Source of the DNA: an archaeon
GTDB lineage: Archaea > Nanobdellota > Nanobdellia > Pacearchaeales > GW2011-AR1
Direction of reading: 5' to 3'
Assembly: GCA_024278335.1 (NCBI GenBank)
Contig: JAJRTJ010000003.1
Span: 11,586 to 75,585 of the forward strand
Length of the DNA stretch: 64,000 nucleotides
Shown one piece after another: positions 49,761 to 58,408 of the stretch. A program made the position numbers and the translations under genes. Under the pieces are notes generated by a model that was given only the letters and a program-made list of their open reading frames with translations, ran no database searches and was not told the origin of the DNA. Each line of letters starts with the position of its first letter. The first letter of the stretch is position 1.

Positions 49761-50802
49761 AATGAAAACAGAACACAAAATAATTTTTGGTGATGCAAGA
49801 AACATGAGGGAGTTAAAAGATGAAAGTGTAGATTTAATGATAACTTCCCCCCCTTATCCAATGATTCAAATGTGGGACGAGATGTTTGGAAAACAAAACC
49901 CCGAGATTACTAAATCATTAAGAGAAGAAAACGGAGAAAAAGCTTTTGAGTTAATGCATCAAGAGCTGGATAAAGTTTGGAATGAAACTTTTAGAGTTTT
50001 AAAAAATGGAGGAATTGCATGTATAAATATTGGTGATGCAACGAGAACACTTAAGAGAGTTTTCCAAATTTATACAAATCACGCAAGAATACTAAATCAT
50101 TGTTTAAAATTAGGATTTCATGCCCTACCAGAAATACTTTGGATTAAAGAAACAAATAAACCCGATAAGTTTATGGGTTCTGGAATGTTGCCTGTTGGGG
50201 CTTATGTTACTTTAGAGCATGAACATATTTTAATCTTAAGAAAAGATGGAAAAAGAAAATTCACGAAACCGGAGCAAAGAGCAAATAGGCAAAAAAGTGC
50301 TTTCTTTTGGGAAGAAAGAAACATCTGGTTTTCTGATAAATGGAAAGATATAAATGGGGTTTTTCAAAAATTAAATGACACGAAATTAAGAGAAAGAAGC
50401 GCGGCCTATCCCCCAGAACTCACTTATAGATTAATAAGCATGTTTTCTGTTCAGGAAGACTTAGTTTTAGACCCTTTTTTAGGAACAGGAACAACAACTT
50501 TTGGAGCTATGGCTTGTGGAAGAAATAGCGTCGGTTATGAAATAGACCTTAATTTTAAGGGGCATATAGAGAACAAATTAATGCAAGTTAAAGAGCCTGC
50601 AAATAAGTTTGTAGAATTACGATTAAAAAAACATAAGGAATTTGTTAAAAAAAGAGAGCAGGAAAAGGGAAAACTAAAGTATTACAATAAAAATTACGGT
50701 TTTCCTGTTATGACAAGACAAGAAATTAATTTACATATTCCAAAAATAAAAGAGGTTAGAAAAGTTAAAGAAAATTTATTTGGAGTGGAGCACGAATTTT
50801 AA
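49747..50802 (+). CDS. Beta-class N4-cytosine/N6-adenine DNA methyltransferase
   Basis: Motif IV TSPPY precedes motif I DPFLGTGTT. Confidence 0.93.
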   Translation: MEKFKMKTEHKIIFGDARNMRELKDESVDLMITSPPYPMIQMWDEMFGKQNPEITKSLREENGEKAFELMHQELDKVWNETFRVLKNGGIACINIGDATRTLKRVFQIYTNHARILNHCLKLGFHALPEILWIKETNKPDKFMGSGMLPVGAYVTLEHEHILILRKDGKRKFTKPEQRANRQKSAFFWEERNIWFSDKWKDINGVFQKLNDTKLRERSAAYPPELTYRLISMFSVQEDLVLDPFLGTGTTTFGAMACGRNSVGYEIDLNFKGHIENKLMQVKEPANKFVELRLKKHKEFVKKREQEKGKLKYYNKNYGFPVMTRQEINLHIPKIKEVRKVKENLFGVEHEF

Positions 50803-51539
50803 TCTATATTCAAGTAATTTTTTATTTCTTTGATTATCTCTTCTTCGTGTTTAAATTTACCCTTTTTATCTGAATAAATTGTTATAACTTTTCCATCATA
50901 TTTCGATTGTGCATTTTTATTATGTGCATCTATTAAGGGGGTTCCTCTAGAATTAGAGGGTTTTATCTGCACTCCTATTTTCTTTTTTCCATCATCAGAA
51001 AATATCTCTCTATCAATTCCCATCTTAGTATCAACATCCCCTTCTGTTTTGATTATCTTCTTAACTCCAATTTTTTTTAATTTTTCAACAACCGCATTTT
51101 CTGTTTTAATTATCCCTTCCCAGGTATTATCAAGAACATATTGTTTTATACATTCTTGACAATCGCTTAAATCTATTTTACCTAACACTTCTAAGGCTTT
51201 GTTTAATCTTTCTATTTCTTCTGGTATCCATTCAAATAACTTTTTACCCTTTTCCTTTAATTCTTCTTCTGTTCTTCCATATTTTTTATTTATAGATGAA
51301 ATAAACTTTTTTAGTGCTGTTTTTTTCATTTCTTTAGATTGTTTTTCAATTAAATTTTTTCTTATTTCTCCAGATTTTAAATAGAAATCTTCCCATTCAC
51401 TTTTTTCCTTAAAGTTATCACTCAATATTAAATCTGTAACTTGTCCTACAGAATTAGGTCCGCATAATCTGTGCCTTTCCACTATCGGGTTTAATACCCT
51501 TTCTTTTTCTCTAGGAATCCTCTTTTTACTTTCACTCAT
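50799..51539 (-). CDS. Putative type II restriction endonuclease (MjaI-family-like)
   Basis: GPNSVGQVTDLI…EWEDFY N-terminus and ID…GVQIKP catalytic-type motif; convergent with the MTase. Confidence 0.72.
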   Translation of the reverse strand: MSESKKRIPREKERVLNPIVERHRLCGPNSVGQVTDLILSDNFKEKSEWEDFYLKSGEIRKNLIEKQSKEMKKTALKKFISSINKKYGRTEEELKEKGKKLFEWIPEEIERLNKALEVLGKIDLSDCQECIKQYVLDNTWEGIIKTENAVVEKLKKIGVKKIIKTEGDVDTKMGIDREIFSDDGKKKIGVQIKPSNSRGTPLIDAHNKNAQSKYDGKVITIYSDKKGKFKHEEEIIKEIKNYLNID

Positions 51540-51663
51540 AAATTTTTTAATAAAAAGAAATTTAAAAAGCTATCTACCAACCGCTAAGGTAACAATGCAC
51601 TAATATCTAAATTTTTATAAACTTGTATTTATGTTTTATTTAAACTAAACTTAGTTTAGTATT

Positions 51664-52908
51664 TTGAAAATGAAGGGGATTTTAATTATTCTTGATGGTC
51701 TTGGAGACAGGCCAAATGTTCAACTTAAAGGAAAAACTCCTCTTGAGACAGCAGATACTCCAAATCTTGATTTTTTTGCTTCTCGCGGAGAAATGGGATA
51801 TATGTATCCTGTAAAGCCAGATTTTATCCCTGAATCTGACGAGGCAATTATTTCTATTTTTGGAAATGAGCTTATATCAAGCACAAGGGGACAGTTAGAG
51901 GCAAAAGGTGCAGAGGTTAAATTAAAGAGGGGGGATTTGGCATTGCGCGTTAATTTTGCAACAATTAATCCTCAGTCTGGGAAAATTCTTGATAGGAGGG
52001 CTGGAAGAACACTGACAACTGAGGAAGCTCAGGAATTAGCAAATGCAATAAATGAAATTGAAATGCCTTTTGGCTTTGTTTTTGAACCAACAGTGCAACA
52101 TCGGGCAGTGCTTGTTTTTAGGGGGGGATTTTCAGATAATATTTCTGGAAATGATTTAATATATTCTCAAGGGAAAGTTAAAATAACTGACCAAGTTTCT
52201 CGTTGTCTTGCTCTTGATGAAGATGAAAATACAATCTATACTGCAAGTGTTGTTAATGATTTTCTTGAAAAAGTTAGAGAAGTTTTAGAAAATCATCCTG
52301 TTAATCAGGAGAGAATTAAAAGAGGCTTGCTTCCTGCAAATTATCTTCTTGTTCGAGGAGCAGGAATTGAAGCTCCTAAATTAAAACAATATAAAAAATG
52401 GATTGGGTTAGGATATATGCCTCTTGAAAGAGGATTTATTAAGGCTTCTGGAATGAAACTTTATGATTTTGAGTATCCTTCCCTTAGAAAACTTGATGCC
52501 TATGAAAACCTTTATGCAGGATTAAGAAAAGCATGCAAGTATGCGATTAAAATGATTAAGAAAAACTACAAGTCTAAAGATTATGCTTATATTCATATAA
52601 AAGAGACGGATTTGCCTGGCCATGACAATAAGCCCTTTGAAAAAAAAGAGATGATTGAATATGTTGACAGGACTTTATTTAAATTTTTAAGGAGATTTGC
52701 TCCTTCAAAGCAGATTAATCTTGTTGTTACTGCAGACCATTCTACACCTTGCAGTTTTAAGTCTCATTCTGCGGACCCTGTTCCTGTTTTGTTTTATAAC
52801 AATTCAATTTTAAAAGAAAAACATTTTGGAGAAAAACAGGCAAGAGTGGGTTCATTAAGGAAAATTATTGGAAAAGAGCTGTTTAAGAAGGTTGGATTTG
52901 CGAAATAA
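51664..52908 (+). CDS. apgM: 2,3-BPG-independent phosphoglycerate mutase (archaeal type)
   Basis: LDGLGD, TPLE.A.TPNLD, PESD, DRRAGR and TADHSTP. Confidence 0.94.
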   Translation: MKMKGILIILDGLGDRPNVQLKGKTPLETADTPNLDFFASRGEMGYMYPVKPDFIPESDEAIISIFGNELISSTRGQLEAKGAEVKLKRGDLALRVNFATINPQSGKILDRRAGRTLTTEEAQELANAINEIEMPFGFVFEPTVQHRAVLVFRGGFSDNISGNDLIYSQGKVKITDQVSRCLALDEDENTIYTASVVNDFLEKVREVLENHPVNQERIKRGLLPANYLLVRGAGIEAPKLKQYKKWIGLGYMPLERGFIKASGMKLYDFEYPSLRKLDAYENLYAGLRKACKYAIKMIKKNYKSKDYAYIHIKETDLPGHDNKPFEKKEMIEYVDRTLFKFLRRFAPSKQINLVVTADHSTPCSFKSHSADPVPVLFYNNSILKEKHFGEKQARVGSLRKIIGKELFKKVGFAK

Positions 52909-52971
52909 TTTTTTAAAAGAATTTTTTAAAAATAATTCTATATCTTTGACTTACGCAATCATTAAAAACAA

Positions 52972-53544
52972 ATGAGTGTTTCTTTGTATATGATAACTTA
53001 TAATGATATTTATGAAGCAGCGAGAAGGGAACGATATACTGAACAACTTCAGCCGATTCCTAAAAATTTTGTTTTAGAGGTTTCTACTTATCTTCAGGAA
53101 AAGAAAGCAATGTCTGAAGGAGAAGACCAGTTTTCAGACAGCAATTTAAAAACAAAAAAACAACTGGAGAATGCAATTACCTTATTTAAGGAATTAATGC
53201 TTCGTAGAAGAAAGAAAATTCTGAATTTAGTTTTGATTGCAGCAGAAACAGGAATTTCAAAACAGGACTTTGAAAATATGCTTACGATTGAAAAAGAGCT
53301 CTTTGAAAATTTTATGAAATGCATTGATGTTTCAGATAAAAAATTAAATGAACTCCTGAATGGCGGGGAGGATTCTTCTTTAGATAAAAATGATTTAATT
53401 GTTTTTAATAAAGATGTTGAAGAATTTGTTGGGCTTGATGGGGAGACAATTGGTCCATTTGATGCAGGGCAAATTGCAAATATTCCAAAAGAAATAGCAA
53501 AAATTCTTGTTGAAGATAAAAAAGCAGAGTATGTTATTGAGTAA
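52972..53544 (+). CDS. GINS subunit (Gins15/51-like)
   Basis: Helical A domain with RRRKKI, then B domain FVGLDG..IGPF..G..A.IP. Confidence 0.82.
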   Translation: MSVSLYMITYNDIYEAARRERYTEQLQPIPKNFVLEVSTYLQEKKAMSEGEDQFSDSNLKTKKQLENAITLFKELMLRRRKKILNLVLIAAETGISKQDFENMLTIEKELFENFMKCIDVSDKKLNELLNGGEDSSLDKNDLIVFNKDVEEFVGLDGETIGPFDAGQIANIPKEIAKILVEDKKAEYVIE

Positions 53545-53599
53545 AAACCTTCTTTTAAGATAATTTTATTAAGTCTTTTTTGTTTTTATACTTATTAAA

Positions 53600-54580
53600 A
53601 TGACAAAAGAAAAAGAAGTATTGAAGAAATATTTTTTTATTGGAGCAGTTTTTGCAATTATTTTTTTAGCTTATTTGGTTATGAGGGATTTTTTAGTGGT
53701 TCTCTTATCTTCATTTATCCTCGCTTATTTAATGCGTCCTCTTGACTTAATGCTTGCAAAAAAATTTTCAAGAAAGCTTTCAGCCCTGCTGTCTGTTTTA
53801 CTGGTATTGGTTATCTTAGGATTAATTATTTATTTTTCAGTCGGGTCTTTGATTTTTCAAGCAGGAGAGTTTGCAACAAAGGAAAATGCTGATTTACTAA
53901 TTCAGAAAATTTCTCATATTAAATATTTTGATTTAATTGAAGAGCAGATTAATTTAATAATTCCTTGGATTGGAAATTTTGTTGCAGATTTATTTGGTAT
54001 TTTTTTATCTTCTGTTTTCCCTTTATTGTTTAAGATTTTTGTTGCTTTTTTTATTGCTTATTATATTCTTATAGATTGGGAATTTCTTACAGCAAAAGCA
54101 AAGAAGCTTTTTCCTTTTAAGCGCAGAGATTTGATTTTTAAAAATTTTGAATCTACTTCTAAAAATATTATTTTTGGAACATTTCTTGTGGCAATAATTG
54201 AATTTGTTGTCGCTTTTGCTGTCTTGTCTTTTTTAAAGGTGCCTTTTGCTGTCCTGCTTTCTTTTTTTATCTCTATTTTGGCATTTATTCCTTTAGTTGG
54301 GCCTGCATTAATTTTAATCCCAATGTTTTTAGTTTATTTTTTCCAAGAAAAGTATTTTGAATTTGTGGTTATTCTTGGTTTGTGGATTATTTTAAGTTAT
54401 TTTATTGATACTCTTTTGAGAATTTATATTCTTGGAAAGACCTCAAAGATACATCCTGTTGTTTTGCTTTTAGGAGTCGTTGGGGGTGTGCAGGTTTTTG
54501 GTCTTTTTGGATTTGTATTAGGTCCCCTTGTTTTGGGCTTGTTTATTGATATTCTTAAAAGAGAGGGTGAAAGGAAATAA
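53600..54580 (+). CDS. AI-2E family transporter
   Basis: Multi-TM; FIPLVGP, IHP and GGVQVFGLFGFVLGP. Confidence 0.9.
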   Translation: MTKEKEVLKKYFFIGAVFAIIFLAYLVMRDFLVVLLSSFILAYLMRPLDLMLAKKFSRKLSALLSVLLVLVILGLIIYFSVGSLIFQAGEFATKENADLLIQKISHIKYFDLIEEQINLIIPWIGNFVADLFGIFLSSVFPLLFKIFVAFFIAYYILIDWEFLTAKAKKLFPFKRRDLIFKNFESTSKNIIFGTFLVAIIEFVVAFAVLSFLKVPFAVLLSFFISILAFIPLVGPALILIPMFLVYFFQEKYFEFVVILGLWIILSYFIDTLLRIYILGKTSKIHPVVLLLGVVGGVQVFGLFGFVLGPLVLGLFIDILKREGERK

Positions 54581-54678
54581 AGGGCTTTTCACGAAAAAAG
54601 CAAGCCTGTGGAGGCTCAAAACCTTCTTACTGTTGTTTTGGCTAACCACATTTTTGCTAAAGAATATTTGAAACGCAA

Positions 54679-54800
54679 AGCCTGTGGAGGGACTCAAACC
54701 CCCGACCTACTGCTTTCTTACTTCCTTTGAAGGAAGAATGGGCGAAAGAAAACACTTTCGCACTTACAAGGCAGTTGCTCTATCACTGAGCTACACAGGC
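54679..54800 (-). tRNA. tRNA-Thr(UGU) with 50-nt intron at 37/38 (54715-54764)
   Basis: GCCTGTG/CACAGGC acceptor; ACTGC-CT-TGT-A|intron|A-GCAGT. C32-G35 pairs with intron TAAG to form a BHB-type helix. Confidence 0.92.
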
Positions 54801-54901
54801 GTAATGCCGTTCCTGTTTTATTCCAACGCAAATCAACGCAGTTATTTGCGTAGAGCTACACGAACAATATTATATTCATTAGAAACAGGTATTTTAAAGC
54901 T

Positions 54902-55555
54902 TTATTTTTCTGAAGATTCTTTTTCTTGTTTTGTGTTCTCTTTTTCTAACTCTTGTTTTTTTGGCTCTTTTGCTTTTTCTTCTTTTCCTGTTTCTTTTTC
55001 CTTTTTTTGAGCTTGGCTTTTTGTTTTTTCTTCGACTTTAATTGTTCTTATTTCACAACAGGAAAGAGGATAAATCTTCTTTAATATTTGAGAGAGGGTT
55101 TTTTGTAGTTTTCCAGAAAGAATGTCTTCAAAAATCTCTTGAGTTTTTTTCTTTTCAGAATATTTAATTAATTCTTCTCTGCACTTGTCTCTTAGTGCTT
55201 TTCTTACTGCTCTTGAAACTTTTTTTCTTGTTACTAAAAAAGGTTTTATTTTAATCAATGAATCTTGTGCTGGAGTTGAGAATGAATCTTCTACATAATT
55301 AGTCCCTTTTCTTACCATTCTTGATAAATAAAAATACATTAATTGTAATTTCCTTGGAACTAAAACTGCTTCATTATTGATTATTTCAATCTGTCCTTGC
55401 AAAATTGTTGCTTTTCCACGAAGAGTTCTTGTTAAATCATATCTGATGAATCTTCCCTTTAAATCTGCAATTTCAAATGCTCTTGCTTGAGTAACTTTTT
55501 TAATTATTGGGATTTGCACTTCAAAAAATTTCTTTTTTCTTTTTGCAATAGCCAT
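54902..55555 (-). CDS. rps3ae: 30S ribosomal protein eS1 (S3ae)
   Basis: YLSRMVRKG and KKIYPL..CEIR motifs. Confidence 0.9.
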   Translation of the reverse strand: MAIAKRKKKFFEVQIPIIKKVTQARAFEIADLKGRFIRYDLTRTLRGKATILQGQIEIINNEAVLVPRKLQLMYFYLSRMVRKGTNYVEDSFSTPAQDSLIKIKPFLVTRKKVSRAVRKALRDKCREELIKYSEKKKTQEIFEDILSGKLQKTLSQILKKIYPLSCCEIRTIKVEEKTKSQAQKKEKETGKEEKAKEPKKQELEKENTKQEKESSEK

Positions 55556-55556
55556 T

Positions 55557-55874
55557 TTATTCTTGTAGTTGTTTTCCTGCTCGTTTATTTCTTGTTGATT
55601 TTCTGTATTTAGATTTTTTGCATTCTTGACAGGTATACATTATGTTTGTTGATTTTGTTGTTTTTGATTTTCTTTTGAATTTTGAAACTGCTGGTTTAGA
55701 ATATTTTCCATGACTTCCAAGACCCCTATTACTTCCTCGGAGTTTGGCTCTTGCCAAAGAACCTCTTTTCAGAGCCCCTCTTTTTGCTCCTGTAGAGATT
55801 AATTTGATTTTTTGCTCTGTTTTTTTCTTACAATATGGACAATATCTGTTTGTTGTTTTTGGAATTTTTACCAT
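55557..55874 (-). CDS. rpl44e: 50S ribosomal protein eL42 (L44e)
   Basis: KIPK…YCPYCKK…KTTK…CQEC. Confidence 0.93.
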   Translation of the reverse strand: MVKIPKTTNRYCPYCKKKTEQKIKLISTGAKRGALKRGSLARAKLRGSNRGLGSHGKYSKPAVSKFKRKSKTTKSTNIMYTCQECKKSKYRKSTRNKRAGKQLQE

Positions 55875-55934
55875 GTTATTTATCTAAAATCTTGATTTAA
55901 AAAGGTTTTTATATTTCTGGTCCCGTAGTTAATT

Positions 55935-56207
55935 ATGAGAAGGGTGAAATTCAGGCAAAAAGGTCAGCAAAGGAAATTCCTACAAGAGGTTTTAAAAAAA
56001 GTTAATTGTCCCTCTCTTGGAGCTTTTGAACAATTTGGATTTGACATTCCTTATTCTACCCTGAAGAACTATTTTTCTGAACATAGATTATTGCCAGAGG
56101 ATTTTTTTAAAGAATTGTGTGATTTTGCAAAAATTATCCCAAAAAATATAGAATTTTTAAAAGATAATTGGGGGCAGATTAAAGGAGGGAAAAAGGGCAA
56201 AAAGTAA
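55935..56207 (+). CDS. Small HTH-like hypothetical protein
   Basis: IPYSTLKNYFSE HTH-like segment and NWGQIKGG tail; the stop abuts the 3' end of tRNA-Val. Confidence 0.65.
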   Translation: MRRVKFRQKGQQRKFLQEVLKKVNCPSLGAFEQFGFDIPYSTLKNYFSEHRLLPEDFFKELCDFAKIIPKNIEFLKDNWGQIKGGKKGKK

Positions 56208-56279
56208 TGGTCCTGCGCAGAATCGAACTGCGATTATTTCCACGTCAAGGAAACGTCTTAACCATTGGACTACAGGACC
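56208..56279 (-). tRNA. tRNA-Val(GAC)
   Basis: GGTCCTG/CAGGACC acceptor, TTTCC-TTGACGT-GGAAA anticodon arm and GTTCGATTC. Confidence 0.95.
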
Positions 56280-56400
56280 TTTTTGTCAACTATTTTCTGA
56301 AACTTATTTTAAAATAATTATTCTTAGTAACTAAGTAAGTTAGTAATTAATTAAGAAACATTTATATACTTATTTTCTTAATTTTTTTCAGGTGGTTAAA

Positions 56401-56535
56401 TTGAAAAAATATCTTTTGCTTATTGAAGATGAAATTCTTTGGGAAAAGTTTAAGTCTGTTATAGAAAAGGATATTAATAGCGAAATTATTGAATTAATTA
56501 AATCAAAAGTGTCTAAAAAAAGAAAAGATGAATAA
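56401..56535 (+). CDS. 44-aa ribbon-helix-helix-like protein (not in the ORF track; TTG start, or GTG at 56392)
   Basis: MKKYLLLIEDEILWEKFKSVIEKDINSEIIELIKSKV…; AGGTGG upstream; overlaps the next start. Confidence 0.68.
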   Translation: MKKYLLLIEDEILWEKFKSVIEKDINSEIIELIKSKVSKKRKDE

Positions 56536-58408
56536 ATTGTTTAAAAAAAGAGGACAAGTGACTATTTTTGTGATAATTGCAATTGTGCTTGTTGTTGCAG
56601 TTGGGGGATATTTTCTTGTGAAGGATACTTTTTCCTCTTCAGGGCTTCCTGTTGCATTTGAGCCAGTTTATAATTCTTTTTTAAGTTGTTTAGAAAAAGA
56701 AAGTGAATTAGGAATAAAAATCCTTGAAAGCCAGGGGGGATATATTGAGCCTCCAGAATTTGAAGCAGGCTCAGAGTATATGCCCTTTTCTTCAAGACTG
56801 CATTTTGCAGGAGCTTCTATTCCTTATTGGTATTATGTTTCAGGGAATAATATCCAAAAAGAGCAGGTTCCTTCTAAATCTTCAATGGAAAAACAACTAG
56901 CAGAGTTTATTAACCAAAGAATCAGCAATTGTGATTTTGAAAAATATTATGGAGAGGGATATGTAATTAGTTTTAGCAAAGCTGAAGCAGATGTTTCAAT
57001 TAAAGATGGGAGTGTGCAGGTCTCTTTAAAAATGCCTCTTGTTATTGAAAAAGCAGAAGAAAAATCAATAATAAATCGCCATAAAATTTCTGTGAAGTCT
57101 AATCTTGGTTCTCTTTATAATGATGCAAAAAGAATTTATGATTATCTTCAGTCTACTCTTTTTTTAGAGAATTTTGGAGTAGATATTTTAAGAAATTATG
57201 CTCCAGTTGACGGGGTTGAGATGACTTGTGCTCCAAAAGTGTGGAATGCTCAGGAAGTTTTTCAAAAGCTTCAATCTGCAATTCAGGCAAATACTTTGGC
57301 TTTAAAAGTTCAGGACGGGGCTTATAAATTAAAAAGCTCGGAGGAAAAATATTTTGTCATGGATATTGGTGTAAAAAATGAAGTTTATTTTCTTAACTCT
57401 CCAAATTGGTCTTATGGATTTGAGGTTATTCCAATTCAGAGAGGGGCAATGATTGCGAAGCCTGTTGGAAACCAGCCAGGAATGGGGGCAATTGGATTTT
57501 GTTATGTTCCTTATCATTTTGTTTATAGCATGAAATACCCTGTTCTTGTTCAGATAATGTCCGGAATTAACCGAAAACAAGGAAATGAAATTTTTCAATT
57601 TCCTTTTGCAGTAGTGGTTCAGGGAAATAAACCAAGAGAGCCTTTGGATGTTGAGGCTTCTGTTGATTACTCTCTTCCAGAAATTTGCGAACAGGCAAAT
57701 ACAGAAATTAATGTTAATGTAATGGATAATTCTTTAAGAGCTCTTGATGCAGAGGTCTCCTTTGAGTGTTTTGGAAGAATTTGCGATATTGGAAAAGTAA
57801 ATTCTGCAGAGCCTTTTTACGGGCTTTTTCCTCAATGTGTAAATGGAAAGATTCTTGTCAAGGCAGAGGGATATAAACCAGCAAGCAAGATTGTTTCTAC
57901 TGTTAATGAAGATGTTGTTGACATCTTCCTTGAAAAAGAATATGAGAAGGAAGTTAAGGTTAATCTTGGAGATCAGGAGTCAATTTTTGATGCAATTGTC
58001 ACTTTTGAATCAGAAGACGATTCTCAGACAATTATTTATCCAGAACAAAAGAAAGTCAAGCTTTCTCAAGGCCAGTATGAGATTCAGGTTTCTATTTATA
58101 GAAATACTTCTATTAAATTAGCAGAAAGTGTTACAACAGAGTGTATTGAAATTCCAAAAACCGGAATTGGGGCTTTGTTTGGAATGACTAAAAAGAAATG
58201 CTTTGAAGTTAAGATTCCTTCGCAGATTATTTCAAATGCAATTGCCGGAGGAGGAGTTCAGAAATATTATATCCTTGAATCTGAATTGCAAAATTCAAAT
58301 GTTATTGAAATAAATGCAAAGTCCCTTCCTTTGCCAAAAAGCTTAGAAGACTTGCAAAAGAATTATGATTTATATGAGGCAAGGGGGTTGGATATAAATT
58401 TTGTTTAA
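56528..58408 (+). CDS. Large pilin-like protein, class III signal peptide
   Basis: KKRG/QVTIFVIIAIVLVV; multiple Cys; Ig/PEGA-like C-terminal part. Confidence 0.85.
   Translation: MNKLFKKRGQVTIFVIIAIVLVVAVGGYFLVKDTFSSSGLPVAFEPVYNSFLSCLEKESELGIKILESQGGYIEPPEFEAGSEYMPFSSRLHFAGASIPYWYYVSGNNIQKEQVPSKSSMEKQLAEFINQRISNCDFEKYYGEGYVISFSKAEADVSIKDGSVQVSLKMPLVIEKAEEKSIINRHKISVKSNLGSLYNDAKRIYDYLQSTLFLENFGVDILRNYAPVDGVEMTCAPKVWNAQEVFQKLQSAIQANTLALKVQDGAYKLKSSEEKYFVMDIGVKNEVYFLNSPNWSYGFEVIPIQRGAMIAKPVGNQPGMGAIGFCYVPYHFVYSMKYPVLVQIMSGINRKQGNEIFQFPFAVVVQGNKPREPLDVEASVDYSLPEICEQANTEINVNVMDNSLRALDAEVSFECFGRICDIGKVNSAEPFYGLFPQCVNGKILVKAEGYKPASKIVSTVNEDVVDIFLEKEYEKEVKVNLGDQESIFDAIVTFESEDDSQTIIYPEQKKVKLSQGQYEIQVSIYRNTSIKLAESVTTECIEIPKTGIGALFGMTKKKCFEVKIPSQIISNAIAGGGVQKYYILESELQNSNVIEINAKSLPLPKSLEDLQKNYDLYEARGLDINFV

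Larger units (their letters stand above)
46925..51599. mobile_element. 4,675-bp IS6-like cargo transposon with 24-bp TIRs and a 9-bp TSD
   Basis: TIR-L TGCATTGTTACCTTAAAGGTTGGT (46925-46948) and TIR-R ACCAACCGCTAAGGTAACAATGCA (51576-51599) match at 22/24. CTAATATCT is duplicated at 46916-46924 and 51600-51608. Confidence 0.93.

Noticed and set aside
50799-51539. Assigning CTAG specificity from the MjaI-like resemblance
   Set aside because: Family resemblance does not fix the recognition site, and no motif count or methylome was available.
54684-55010. 108-aa plus-strand ORF
   Set aside because: It is the antisense shadow of tRNA-Thr and rps3ae.
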